Assembly (NCBI GenBank): GCA_964569605.1
Contig: CAZMUJ010000099.1
Coordinates: forward strand, 6,072-70,071
DNA from: an uncultured Acidobacteriota bacterium
GTDB lineage: Bacteria > Acidobacteriota > UBA6911 > RPQK01 > CBDAPI01
Direction of reading: 5' to 3'
DNA length: 64,000 bases
Below, one piece after another: positions 47,785 through 56,694 of the stretch. The notes under the pieces were generated by a model. It was not told where the DNA came from, searched no databases, and worked only from the letters and a program-made list of their open reading frames with translations. Made by a program: the position numbers and the translations under genes. Position 1 is the first letter of the stretch; every line of letters begins with the position of its first letter.

Positions 47785-48399
47785 TTGCTGTTGAAGTTCA
47801 AGGAGTTCTTGTTCAGGCATTGCCATGGGGATCCAGTTATCGTAGTGTCCGGATTGCCTCGTTCGGGAACGTCTATGGCAATGAGGATGTTGGAAGCTGG
47901 AGGGATTCCTCTTTTGACAGACTCTTTAAGAGTTCCTGACAAGGATAATCCTAAAGGATACTTTGAGATAGAAAAAGCCAAATATCTGGGTGTTAGAAAC
48001 GAGAAATCTTGGCTGAAAAAAGCTCGTGGTAAGGCTGTCAAAATTGTTTCACACCTCCTCCATGAACTGCCGGACAATAATACCTACCAGGTGCTTTTCA
48101 TGAACCGCGATTTAATAGAAGTGATCTATTCCCAAAACAAAATGCTAGTACGTAGGGGAGAATTTGTCAGAGGGAATGATGAGACAGTGAAGACCCTCTT
48201 TGAGAAGCACCTTAGCTCCCTAGAGCAATGGTTTAAACAAAAGCCAAATTTTAGTGTTTTGAATATGGATTATGCTGAGGTAATTGCAAACCCACAGCGA
48301 GAATCGTTAAAAATTGAAAGCTTTCTCTATCCATCCATTGACCCGGAAGCTATGGCTTCTGTGGTAGATCCAACCTTGTACCGAAATCGTGTAATCTAA
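47785..48399 (+). CDS. PAPS-dependent sulfotransferase (P-loop sulfotransferase fold)
   Basis: 5'-PSB loop VVSGLPRSGTS, NPKGYFE, KAVK, 3'-PB motif MNRDLIEVIYSQ; no signal peptide. Confidence 0.85.
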   Translation: MLLKFKEFLFRHCHGDPVIVVSGLPRSGTSMAMRMLEAGGIPLLTDSLRVPDKDNPKGYFEIEKAKYLGVRNEKSWLKKARGKAVKIVSHLLHELPDNNTYQVLFMNRDLIEVIYSQNKMLVRRGEFVRGNDETVKTLFEKHLSSLEQWFKQKPNFSVLNMDYAEVIANPQRESLKIESFLYPSIDPEAMASVVDPTLYRNRVI

Positions 48400-48594
48400 C
48401 ACTTTAATTTTAGGATTTGGTAATGGGATTTAGAACGTTTTTTTGAGAGAGTGCACTAGTTAACTCTTGATATATTGTGATGAAAGTCTGGTTATTGAGA
48501 GCTTAAGAGAACTGTTCCGTCTAAGCACTATCTTGTTGTCAATGATAAACTTCTATCAGCTATTTTTACAAAAAACAGGGAAGCTTACTGAATC

Positions 48595-50727
48595 TTGAAG
48601 CAGGTTCTTGTCAGGATGATGCTAAGGGGATCAAATATTTTGGTTAGAGACATGAGGTGGGGAATTGGTGTAGTAACTGTGATTCTGGGCATTTGCTCTC
48701 TTATGGCAGTAAAGCCTCAACTCAAACTTCCTTCGGAGGAAGTTTTTGGAATTCTGAGAGATGAATTGTCTGGAAAATTGGCGAGAGACCACGTTATTGA
48801 AATAACTCGCCACCACCGCATCTTGGGGTCTCGTGGATATTCTGATGCTGCACAATACATTTTGGGCACACTCCGAAAGTTTGGTTTCCAAGATAATCAG
48901 GCCTGGATTGAGAGTTTTCCCTCTGACGGAAAACTAATTTATCAGACCTGGCAGTCTCCATCAGGTTGGGACATTACATCGGCAGAACTGCGTATGATCG
49001 AACCAACTGATGAGCTACTGGTTAGATATCCCGAGATTGGGATGAGTGTAATGAGCTATTCAAATGCTGGTGAAGCACAAGCAGAGTTGGTAGACGTTGG
49101 GACTGGCACTCTTGATTCTGAGTACAGCGGAAAGGATGTTAAAGGGAAATTCGTTTTGGCAACGGGTAGTGGAAGTCGAGTCCATCGTCTTGCAGTTCTG
49201 AAGTATGGTGCTGTTGCAGTGGTTTGTTACCTTGATGACTTCCGGGCTTCCGAGCATCCAGACATGATTGGATCGAATGGAATTTGGCCTAGAACAGAGG
49301 AAATCCCAGATGTGAAATTTGGATTTAACATTAGTAACCGCCAGGGACGAGCGCTAAAAGATCTTCTCACAAAGAACCAAAAGGTTGTTTTGGATGGGAA
49401 AATAGAGGGGAGGGGTCTGGAACCCTGGAGAATGGATGTTGTCGTTGCATTAATATCTGGGACTGAGGATTCAGGACAGGAGCTTGTTTTTACTGCCCAT
49501 TTAGATAATCCCAAAGAATCAGCCAATGACAATGCCAGTGGTAGTGCAGCCCTGCTAGATATTGCCCGCACACTTAATGAACTGATCAATCTTGGAAAGC
49601 TTCCACGGCCTAAACGAACTATCCGTTTCCTATGGGTTCCTGAGCTGTATGGAACCATGGCATATCTTGATGCTCACCCAGAACTAAAGGGTCCAAGATT
49701 AGGGGGGAAGGTGTTGGCTAATCTCAACTTAGACATGGTTGGTCAGAATTTGGATCTTTTACAGACCAAGATGAACATTACATGGACACCGCCAACTATT
49801 AGTAGCGTGTTTGCGGACCTGACTTCTCTAGTTGCTGATCGGGTTGACACTCAAGGGATTTCCAATCCAGGGGGAAGTTCTAACAACTTTAATTACCGTA
49901 TAACTCCCTTCAGTGGCGGTAGCGATCATATCGTGTTCAACGATGGTGCCGTAAGTGTACCTGCTATGATGATTGGGCATTGGCCCGACTACACTAATCA
50001 AACGACTGAAGATACCCCTGACAAAGTTGACGCACTAGAATTAGAAAGAGCAGAATTGATAGCCACCTCAGTTTTCTGGACTCTGGCTACTCTTACGGCC
50101 GATCAAAGCCTGGATCTTACTAATCTTGTGGCAGCAAATGCTCAAGCAAGATTGATTCAAGATACCAGAAAGGCGGTTTCCTGGATTCTAGAATCTCCTA
50201 TCGAGATACTAGAAGTAACATATCATGATGCTAAGAGAGTTATTGACTTTGCCCTTGAAAGGGAAACGATGGCCCTAAAGAGTGTCCTGGATTTTGCTCC
50301 CTTTGAGCTGACCCTTCGTTTGGTTGATACGTGGAGACAGACTTTAGAAGGTCAAGCTGAACTACAAAGGCGCACCCTTCATGCTATTTTTTACCAGCGG
50401 GCTGGGCGTCTTCCCATACCAACCATCCTCAGTGAACCCGAAAGACAAGCTTCAAAAGTGATCCCCAGTCGATTGACCCGGGGGCCATTCGGAGAAGGGG
50501 TTCCAGAATTACTTTTGAGTGAGGACGATCGCTCCTGGTATTCATCAGTAAAGCTCACCGGGTTAAATTTCTATTTTTTGGTTAATCTTATCGACGGAAA
50601 GCGCTCTATACTTGAAATTCGAAACGCACTTTCATCTGCTACTCAGCCTGTGTCTTTGAGTATCATTAACCAATATGTTCACGACCTTGAAAAGGTTGGG
50701 TTGGTGGATCTCAAACGAATCGAGTAA
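48595..50727 (+). CDS. Exported M28-family peptidase-like protein with PA domain (DUF4910-like)
   Basis: AHLDNP..SANDNASG, RTIRFLWVPE, NLDMVG, GGSDH; PA domain (VDVGTG...DVKGKFVLA). Confidence 0.8.
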   Translation: MKQVLVRMMLRGSNILVRDMRWGIGVVTVILGICSLMAVKPQLKLPSEEVFGILRDELSGKLARDHVIEITRHHRILGSRGYSDAAQYILGTLRKFGFQDNQAWIESFPSDGKLIYQTWQSPSGWDITSAELRMIEPTDELLVRYPEIGMSVMSYSNAGEAQAELVDVGTGTLDSEYSGKDVKGKFVLATGSGSRVHRLAVLKYGAVAVVCYLDDFRASEHPDMIGSNGIWPRTEEIPDVKFGFNISNRQGRALKDLLTKNQKVVLDGKIEGRGLEPWRMDVVVALISGTEDSGQELVFTAHLDNPKESANDNASGSAALLDIARTLNELINLGKLPRPKRTIRFLWVPELYGTMAYLDAHPELKGPRLGGKVLANLNLDMVGQNLDLLQTKMNITWTPPTISSVFADLTSLVADRVDTQGISNPGGSSNNFNYRITPFSGGSDHIVFNDGAVSVPAMMIGHWPDYTNQTTEDTPDKVDALELERAELIATSVFWTLATLTADQSLDLTNLVAANAQARLIQDTRKAVSWILESPIEILEVTYHDAKRVIDFALERETMALKSVLDFAPFELTLRLVDTWRQTLEGQAELQRRTLHAIFYQRAGRLPIPTILSEPERQASKVIPSRLTRGPFGEGVPELLLSEDDRSWYSSVKLTGLNFYFLVNLIDGKRSILEIRNALSSATQPVSLSIINQYVHDLEKVGLVDLKRIE

Positions 50728-50732
50728 AGGTT

Positions 50733-51713
50733 TTGAAATTTTTCTGGTTTTCTTGCAGCTTTTCTTCTGGAATGGTCCAAATACTGGGGAAAAAGGTTCG
50801 AGCAAGCTTTTTTTTCCTAGTTTTTGCAATGGTTTCCATGATTGGAAACACGTTAGTAGTGTCGGAAACACAGGCAGAAAAGGTCACAATCTTTTTTACA
50901 GGTTTGGTTCGGGGAAACTACGGTCCCTGTGGTTGTAGTACTGTTCCTTCTGGAGGGTTCGCAAAACGATCCGCCTATGCTTCCAACTATATACAGAAGA
51001 GCAAGTCACAGGTCCTTCATGTAGATCTGGGTGGGATATTGCTTCCGCGAGGACCAAATGCTGGCTACGTGAATCCGGAAATTTTGAACGCGATTCGAGA
51101 TTTACCTGTGAAGGTTGTGAATCTCTCACCTTCGGATCTATTTCTATGGGATCAAATTGCATCGTCGGATCTTAATGGGCACTTTATTTCTACTAATCTG
51201 TCTCCTTTAGACTCTGATCGACGCATCCCCGAGCGTTTCAGGATTGTGAAAGTTGAGTTAGAAAGTATCAATATTGACATTGGCTTTCTCGGGATTAGTG
51301 ATCCAGAAAAGGTCAAGCCTAACTCTGGTTTTATAGGTGAGGATCCAGTCCTTGCCGTGTCTAGGATTATAGACACAGTTTTAAAGGAAGCGGATTTTCT
51401 AATAGTTTTGGCAGATATTCCCCAGCAGTCAACAGTAACAACTTTTGAGAAGCTAGCCTGGAATCATTCTGAAATTATTGCATTTCTTACCACTGAAGAG
51501 GGCTACCGCCTACACGAACCTAGGATTATAAACAACGCTGTTTTATTATCCAGTGTCGAGCGGGGTCGCTATCTTGGGCAATTGGAACTGTTAATCGACA
51601 AGATGGGTAGAGTTCAGGAGTTTATCCCGGAATTCATCCAAATGTCTGATGAATTGGAAGAAGATCCACACTTCCTAAAAATTCAAAAAACATTGGCTCC
51701 CTACTTACCTTGA
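50733..51713 (+). CDS. UshA/5'-nucleotidase-like N-terminal-domain protein with PCGC motif
   Basis: Hydrophobic leader; FFTG.VRGNYGPCGC, GGFAKR, HVDLGG, FISTNL, IGFLGI, GRYLGQLEL. Start uncertain. Confidence 0.7.
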   Translation: MKFFWFSCSFSSGMVQILGKKVRASFFFLVFAMVSMIGNTLVVSETQAEKVTIFFTGLVRGNYGPCGCSTVPSGGFAKRSAYASNYIQKSKSQVLHVDLGGILLPRGPNAGYVNPEILNAIRDLPVKVVNLSPSDLFLWDQIASSDLNGHFISTNLSPLDSDRRIPERFRIVKVELESINIDIGFLGISDPEKVKPNSGFIGEDPVLAVSRIIDTVLKEADFLIVLADIPQQSTVTTFEKLAWNHSEIIAFLTTEEGYRLHEPRIINNAVLLSSVERGRYLGQLELLIDKMGRVQEFIPEFIQMSDELEEDPHFLKIQKTLAPYLP

Positions 51714-51751
51714 ATTGGTTCCTTTACTCAGTATGGGAGCTTAAAATTCCC

Positions 51752-52261
51752 CTAGATTTTCACCACGTGTTTCAGCAAGCGGGGTGGTAGCAGCCAGAGT
51801 AGCTGTCCCTTAGCAGCTTGTACTTCCTTCCAAGAGTTCCCCTCGAATTTGAGTTGAGCTATAGCTGCAGTGGGGAATTTGATATTGATCTGACCGGTTA
51901 GATGAGAAATTGCTTCAGAACAGGTGGGTTGGTGGCCTACGAACATAACTTTGGATAGATTTTCTGGCAGGATCCAAACTAGTTCTTCGATTATCGGGTA
52001 ATGTGCTCCGTAGAGTCTGGGTTCCACATTTAGCTGTGAAGCCCACTCACCTGTTTTCATTGCAATCTGGGCTGTGGATCGCGTTCGAATTGCCGAAGAC
52101 GTTATGATCAGATCAGGAACTTGCTGGACGTCTTGGATGAATTTCCCCATTAGGCGTGCAGCCTTAACTCCACGTGGTGCTAACGGTCTGTCGTGATCAC
52201 AGAGATTTAAGTCATTCCAAGCTGACTTTCCATGGCGAAAAAACAAAATATTCTTTGGCAC
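51752..52261 (-). CDS. sixA: Phosphohistidine phosphatase SixA
   Basis: RHGKS, DHDRPL..RG, SSAIRT..TA, VGHQP, FPTAAIA. Confidence 0.88.
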   Translation of the reverse strand: MPKNILFFRHGKSAWNDLNLCDHDRPLAPRGVKAARLMGKFIQDVQQVPDLIITSSAIRTRSTAQIAMKTGEWASQLNVEPRLYGAHYPIIEELVWILPENLSKVMFVGHQPTCSEAISHLTGQINIKFPTAAIAQLKFEGNSWKEVQAAKGQLLWLLPPRLLKHVVKI

Positions 52262-52437
52262 ATTTAACCCTTCTTTTTAACACCCCACCTCTTTTTGTGT
52301 GTATCTCTTTACGCTTCTCTTAGTTGCTAGTTCTATACGTTGTTTTTAGTCTGATTTCAAATTTCTTAATGTAGGAGAAATGATTTCCCATGGGTTTTTA
52401 GGCCGTTAGAGCAATTTCCTGATGAGATCTTGTTCTG

Positions 52438-53712
52438 TTAGCTCTGAAAGAAGACCAAGGTGTTTGGAGGAATAGAATGTTGGTCGATTTTGTCACCGCT
52501 TAGAATTTTTCCATCCGGCAATCGATAAAAAGTGGAAGGATAATTCCATTTGATTCCAGCGATTTGATGAGGCAATCGTTCGTTAGTAATGTGACCTCCA
52601 TAAACATAGCCCACTAAAATTCGAGTTCCTGGGGGCAAACTCGATAGTAGTAAACGATCCCCAGGATTTTTGTGAATCTCTTTGCCAGTGCGAATTGAGC
52701 CGTTGGGAAGGAAGTAAATAGTTGTAGTTTCTGCAAACACATCACCAAGAATAGTATGAGCATCTTTGGGTGAATTTCCGACATCGAGAAATCCTTCGAA
52801 TTTCACACTAGGAGTTGGCTCTCCTATCTCGACTTGGGTGCCTACTGGAATCTGGTTCCAGCTTTCGATCTCATTTCCGCGCAGAGTGGTTCCGTTAGGA
52901 AAGTGGTAACGTGTTTCAGGACTATCGTATTCCTCTCGAGCAATCGTCCAGGCCGAAAAACCCCGAGCAATCACATTAGAATTCTTCGGTTGCCTGTTTG
53001 GCACTGTTGTATACAGAAACCGGTGTAATTCTGGATCAGCGACACGAAGACGTCTAGATTTAACCTCAGGGTCCTCAAAAGGTTTGTCTGGAAATCCCAG
53101 TCGTTCTCGAACATCTGGTCTAGCAAAAATCATCCCGCACCGCTTTCGCCCACGATGGTAGTAACGGTGAAAACGGTTGGGGGCCCCGTAAGCAACCATG
53201 GAATGAGTCAGAATCTGTTTATCAGAAATGGAGTATAGAGACCGGAGTTGACGTAAGAGCTCAGTTAGCGCCGAGTACTGTTGAGAGGTAATATCACGGT
53301 TGTGATAACCAACAACTTCGATTCCGATCGAATGATGGTCTATTCCTTTCTGTCCTTCCCAGTAGCTTCTTCCAGCATGGGTTGCAATTTTGGTTCGGTG
53401 AATAATTCTGTAAACGTTTCCTTTTAGGCCCACGAAATAGTGAGCCTCCCCAAAACGTCGAATTTTTTTGAGTGATCCCTCCTCACGTCCTTCAGTTGTG
53501 TGTAGAACTATATATTTCGTAGAAGGTCGCAGAGGCCTTTTTTTATCCCTTGGGCTATATAAATTCTCGATGTGCAATGCTGGTGAATTCTTGGCGAACA
53601 AGCTGACCGAATAGACAAACATCAGTCCTAATCCGACAACAGTCATAAGGAGCACATTTTTTAACGTTGAGAAACTCCCTCGACTATTTTGGGGAAAGGC
53701 AATTCGAAACAT
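52438..53712 (-). CDS. N-acetylmuramoyl-L-alanine amidase (Amidase_2) with three C-terminal repeats
   Basis: N-terminal TM/signal; IVLHTTEG, AHYFV, THAG, SIGIEV, THSMV, RKRCG Zn-amidase motifs. Confidence 0.85.
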   Translation of the reverse strand: MFRIAFPQNSRGSFSTLKNVLLMTVVGLGLMFVYSVSLFAKNSPALHIENLYSPRDKKRPLRPSTKYIVLHTTEGREEGSLKKIRRFGEAHYFVGLKGNVYRIIHRTKIATHAGRSYWEGQKGIDHHSIGIEVVGYHNRDITSQQYSALTELLRQLRSLYSISDKQILTHSMVAYGAPNRFHRYYHRGRKRCGMIFARPDVRERLGFPDKPFEDPEVKSRRLRVADPELHRFLYTTVPNRQPKNSNVIARGFSAWTIAREEYDSPETRYHFPNGTTLRGNEIESWNQIPVGTQVEIGEPTPSVKFEGFLDVGNSPKDAHTILGDVFAETTTIYFLPNGSIRTGKEIHKNPGDRLLLSSLPPGTRILVGYVYGGHITNERLPHQIAGIKWNYPSTFYRLPDGKILSGDKIDQHSIPPNTLVFFQS

Positions 53713-54240
53713 GATTTAGTAGTCTACAGGGAGCAACTGTCAACTAAGTATTTGTGCAAGTGAGATAATCTTTTCCCTGTTTTTTTTTATTAACAAATTT
53801 AACCATTTAAGTAAGGTTAAGTCCTACTTCTAAACAGGATCTAAAATTTGGAACAAAGCTGGCGAGTCGATAATTAGGACTAAAAACAATCAGGGTTTCA
53901 GGCACTCTAGTCCAAAACAACCTGAATCAGCTTGTTCCATGCATTCATTACATTGTTTTTTGGATCCTTGAATCCCTCAGCATTATTGAGATGATTCCTA
54001 GCAAACGGATAAAATAAAAGGAGAAATGTTTTAATGGTTCAACTTAGGGTTTTCCTAAAATTTAAAGAATCATGGTATCTTGTTCAGAACTCACAACTAA
54101 AAAGTGAAGCTTTTCAGGAGATGCTTTTCAAGAGAATTAAATATTTTTTAATGCCATCAAGTCGGTGTTTGTCTATCAACAGAAAATCAAATAGGGCTCC
54201 CGTGATTAGCCCTACGTAAGTTCTAAGAGAGGTATGTGTT

Positions 54241-55212
54241 ATGGGTTCTGAAATTGGAAAGATGAAGGTAGTTTTCCCAGATGAATCCACACTAAGTTTA
54301 AATGACGATCTAGATCTGTCTGGGTTCAAAGAGTTGGGTAAATACGTTGGTTATTCTGATTTAACTGAGAAAGAAATTATCGAAAAGCATCCTGATACTG
54401 TCGTATTGATTCCTAACAAGGTGAAAGTAACATCCCGGATCTTCGAATCAATGGAGTCCCTGCAGTTGGTTGCTGAAATCGCAACCGGGTACGATAATGT
54501 CGACTTGCGTGCTGCTAGAGAAAACAATGTTGCGGTCTGTAATGTGGCTGGCTATGCTGCTAACACTGTTCCACAGCATACCTTTGCTCTCATTCTCAAC
54601 CTAGCCACTAAAGCTTATTTGTACCACAATGATGTGATGGGTGGAGATTGGGCAAAATCGAACTCTTTTACTCTGTTAAATTACCCCGCTTTTGAGCTCA
54701 ACGATTTAACTATTGGAATCATTGGCTTTGGTACCATTGGCCGCGGAGTTGCCCGGATTGCCGAGGCCTTTGGAATGAAGGTTTTGGTCTATGATATTGT
54801 TGAAATTACAGGCTCAAACTACACAAATGTAGATCTTGAAACAATTCTCTGCGAGTCTGACGTGATAACGGTCCATACTCCTCTGGTAGAGCAAACCAGG
54901 AATTTAATTGATGCGGAGGCTTTAGAAAAAATGAAGCCTACGGCCATAATTATTAATACGGCACGAGGTGGTATTGTGAATGAGCAAGCGCTTGCTTCTG
55001 CCTTGAACAGTGGTGAAATTGCTGGGGCAGGCTTTGATGTTTTAACTTCGGAACCTCCAGTTGAGGGAAATGTTCTTCTGGAGGCAAACAATGTAATGAT
55101 CACACCCCATAGCGCCTGGTCAACGTTACAGGCGAGACAGAAACTAGTGGATGAAACGATAATAAATATTAGGTCTTTTTTTGATGGAAAGCCCCGCAAC
55201 ATTGTTAACTAA
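54241..55212 (+). CDS. D-2-hydroxyacid dehydrogenase, glycerate dehydrogenase/hydroxypyruvate reductase-like
   Basis: ATGYDNVD, VCNVAGY, GIIGFGTIG, VHTPL, INTARG, GFDVLTSEPP, TPHSAW. Confidence 0.88.
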   Translation: MGSEIGKMKVVFPDESTLSLNDDLDLSGFKELGKYVGYSDLTEKEIIEKHPDTVVLIPNKVKVTSRIFESMESLQLVAEIATGYDNVDLRAARENNVAVCNVAGYAANTVPQHTFALILNLATKAYLYHNDVMGGDWAKSNSFTLLNYPAFELNDLTIGIIGFGTIGRGVARIAEAFGMKVLVYDIVEITGSNYTNVDLETILCESDVITVHTPLVEQTRNLIDAEALEKMKPTAIIINTARGGIVNEQALASALNSGEIAGAGFDVLTSEPPVEGNVLLEANNVMITPHSAWSTLQARQKLVDETIINIRSFFDGKPRNIVN

Positions 55213-55266
55213 TTGTTTTGCTTGTGAATCCATCTAAGACCTTCCTCTGGGAGTTTTGAGAAAAAC

Positions 55267-55716
55267 GTGAAAGGTCTGCAAAAGTATCCTCGTTTTCTCG
55301 AGGGTCTGTATTCCGTTACTAAACATTGTTTACAACCTTTTCGACCTTGGCTTAAAACGGGAGGCTGGGTGGAATCTTTTTTGATTCGTGCAGAAAAACT
55401 TAGTAAAGGAATTGTGTTCGATTGTCAGATGTGTGGTCAGTGTGTGTTGCATTTTACAGGGATGACCTGCCCTATGACTTGTCCCAAAAATTTACGAAAC
55501 GGTCCCTGTGGGGGAGTGCGGGAAAACGGCCATTGCGAAATTATTCCAGACATGCCTTGTGTATGGGTCCAAGCCTGGGAGAGGTCAGGGAAAATGCCAA
55601 TCTACGGTTCGGAGATTCTCAAGGTTTTGCCTCCACTAAATCGTCAACTAGAAGGGACTTCGGCGTGGATAAATGACTTTACGGATAAGGTCAAGCCACC
55701 ACCCGGATGGGAATAA
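55267..55716 (+). CDS. MTHFR_C / MetV-like Cys-rich methylene-THF reductase partner
   Basis: DCQMCGQC.L..TGMTCPMTCPKNLRNGPCGG....CE...DMPCVW; overlaps the start of metF. Confidence 0.85.
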   Translation: MKGLQKYPRFLEGLYSVTKHCLQPFRPWLKTGGWVESFLIRAEKLSKGIVFDCQMCGQCVLHFTGMTCPMTCPKNLRNGPCGGVRENGHCEIIPDMPCVWVQAWERSGKMPIYGSEILKVLPPLNRQLEGTSAWINDFTDKVKPPPGWE

Positions 55717-56684
55717 TGGGTCAGAGAAAAATCCAATCCGGCTCTCGACTCGAGCACGTATTACAATCGGGTCGTTTTGCTGTTACAGCCGAATTGAATC
55801 CTCCTGACACTGCGGATCCAAATGAAGTCTATGATCGGGCCTTGGTTTTGGCCTCTGTTTGTGACGCTATAAACGCGACGGATGCGTCGGGTGCACATGT
55901 ACACATGTCCAGTGTAGGAGTTTGTTCCTTGTTAAAGAGCGCAGGCTATGAGTCTGTATTACAGGTCTCTTGCCGGGATAGAAATCGAATAGCAATTCAG
56001 GGGGATCTTCTGGGTGCTGCAGCTTTGGGTATTAGAAATGTACTCTGTTTGACGGGTGACGGTGTTCAGGTGGGTGACCACCCCGAGGCTAAGCCAGTTT
56101 TTGATTTTGATTCGATGACTCTACTCAGGACTGCTCAAATTTTGCGAGACGAGTCAAGGTTTTTGAGCGGTCGAAAGTTAGAAAGTCCCCCCAAGTTATT
56201 TTTAGGGGCTGCCGCCAATCCTTTCGTTCCCCCCCTAGATTTTCGACCCCTTAGGTTAAAGAAAAAAATAGAGGCAGGGGCCGATTTTATTCAGACTCAG
56301 TACTGTTTCGATGTTCCTCTCTTTGAGGCTTTTATGGAGAGGGTTCGAGACCTTGGACTCCATGAAGAAGTTTTTATTTTGGTAGGTGTCGGGCCCTTAC
56401 GGTCTGCTAAGGCTGCTGAGTGGATTAGAGCCAATGTTCCCGGTGTCAGAATCCCTGATTCTGTAATCCATCGGTTGAAATCAGTTCCGCCTGTAAAACA
56501 GATGGACGAAGGCCGGAAAATTTGTGTTGAAATTATTCAACAAGTTAGTAATGTTATTGGTGTTTCAGGTGTTCATGTCATGGCCTACCGTCAAGAAGAA
56601 CTGGTGGCAGAGATTGTCGAGGAAGCAGGGTTGCTGTCACGTCGCCAGCAACTGAGCAAGCAAGAATCTCCAGGACAAAAATAG
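55707..56684 (+). CDS. metF: 5,10-methylenetetrahydrofolate reductase
   Basis: TAELNPP, NATD, SCRDRNRIAIQGDLLGA, CLTGD, GAAANP, KKIEAGADFIQTQ. Confidence 0.93.
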   Translation: MGIMGQRKIQSGSRLEHVLQSGRFAVTAELNPPDTADPNEVYDRALVLASVCDAINATDASGAHVHMSSVGVCSLLKSAGYESVLQVSCRDRNRIAIQGDLLGAAALGIRNVLCLTGDGVQVGDHPEAKPVFDFDSMTLLRTAQILRDESRFLSGRKLESPPKLFLGAAANPFVPPLDFRPLRLKKKIEAGADFIQTQYCFDVPLFEAFMERVRDLGLHEEVFILVGVGPLRSAKAAEWIRANVPGVRIPDSVIHRLKSVPPVKQMDEGRKICVEIIQQVSNVIGVSGVHVMAYRQEELVAEIVEEAGLLSRRQQLSKQESPGQK

Positions 56685-56694
56685 AATGACGTTT

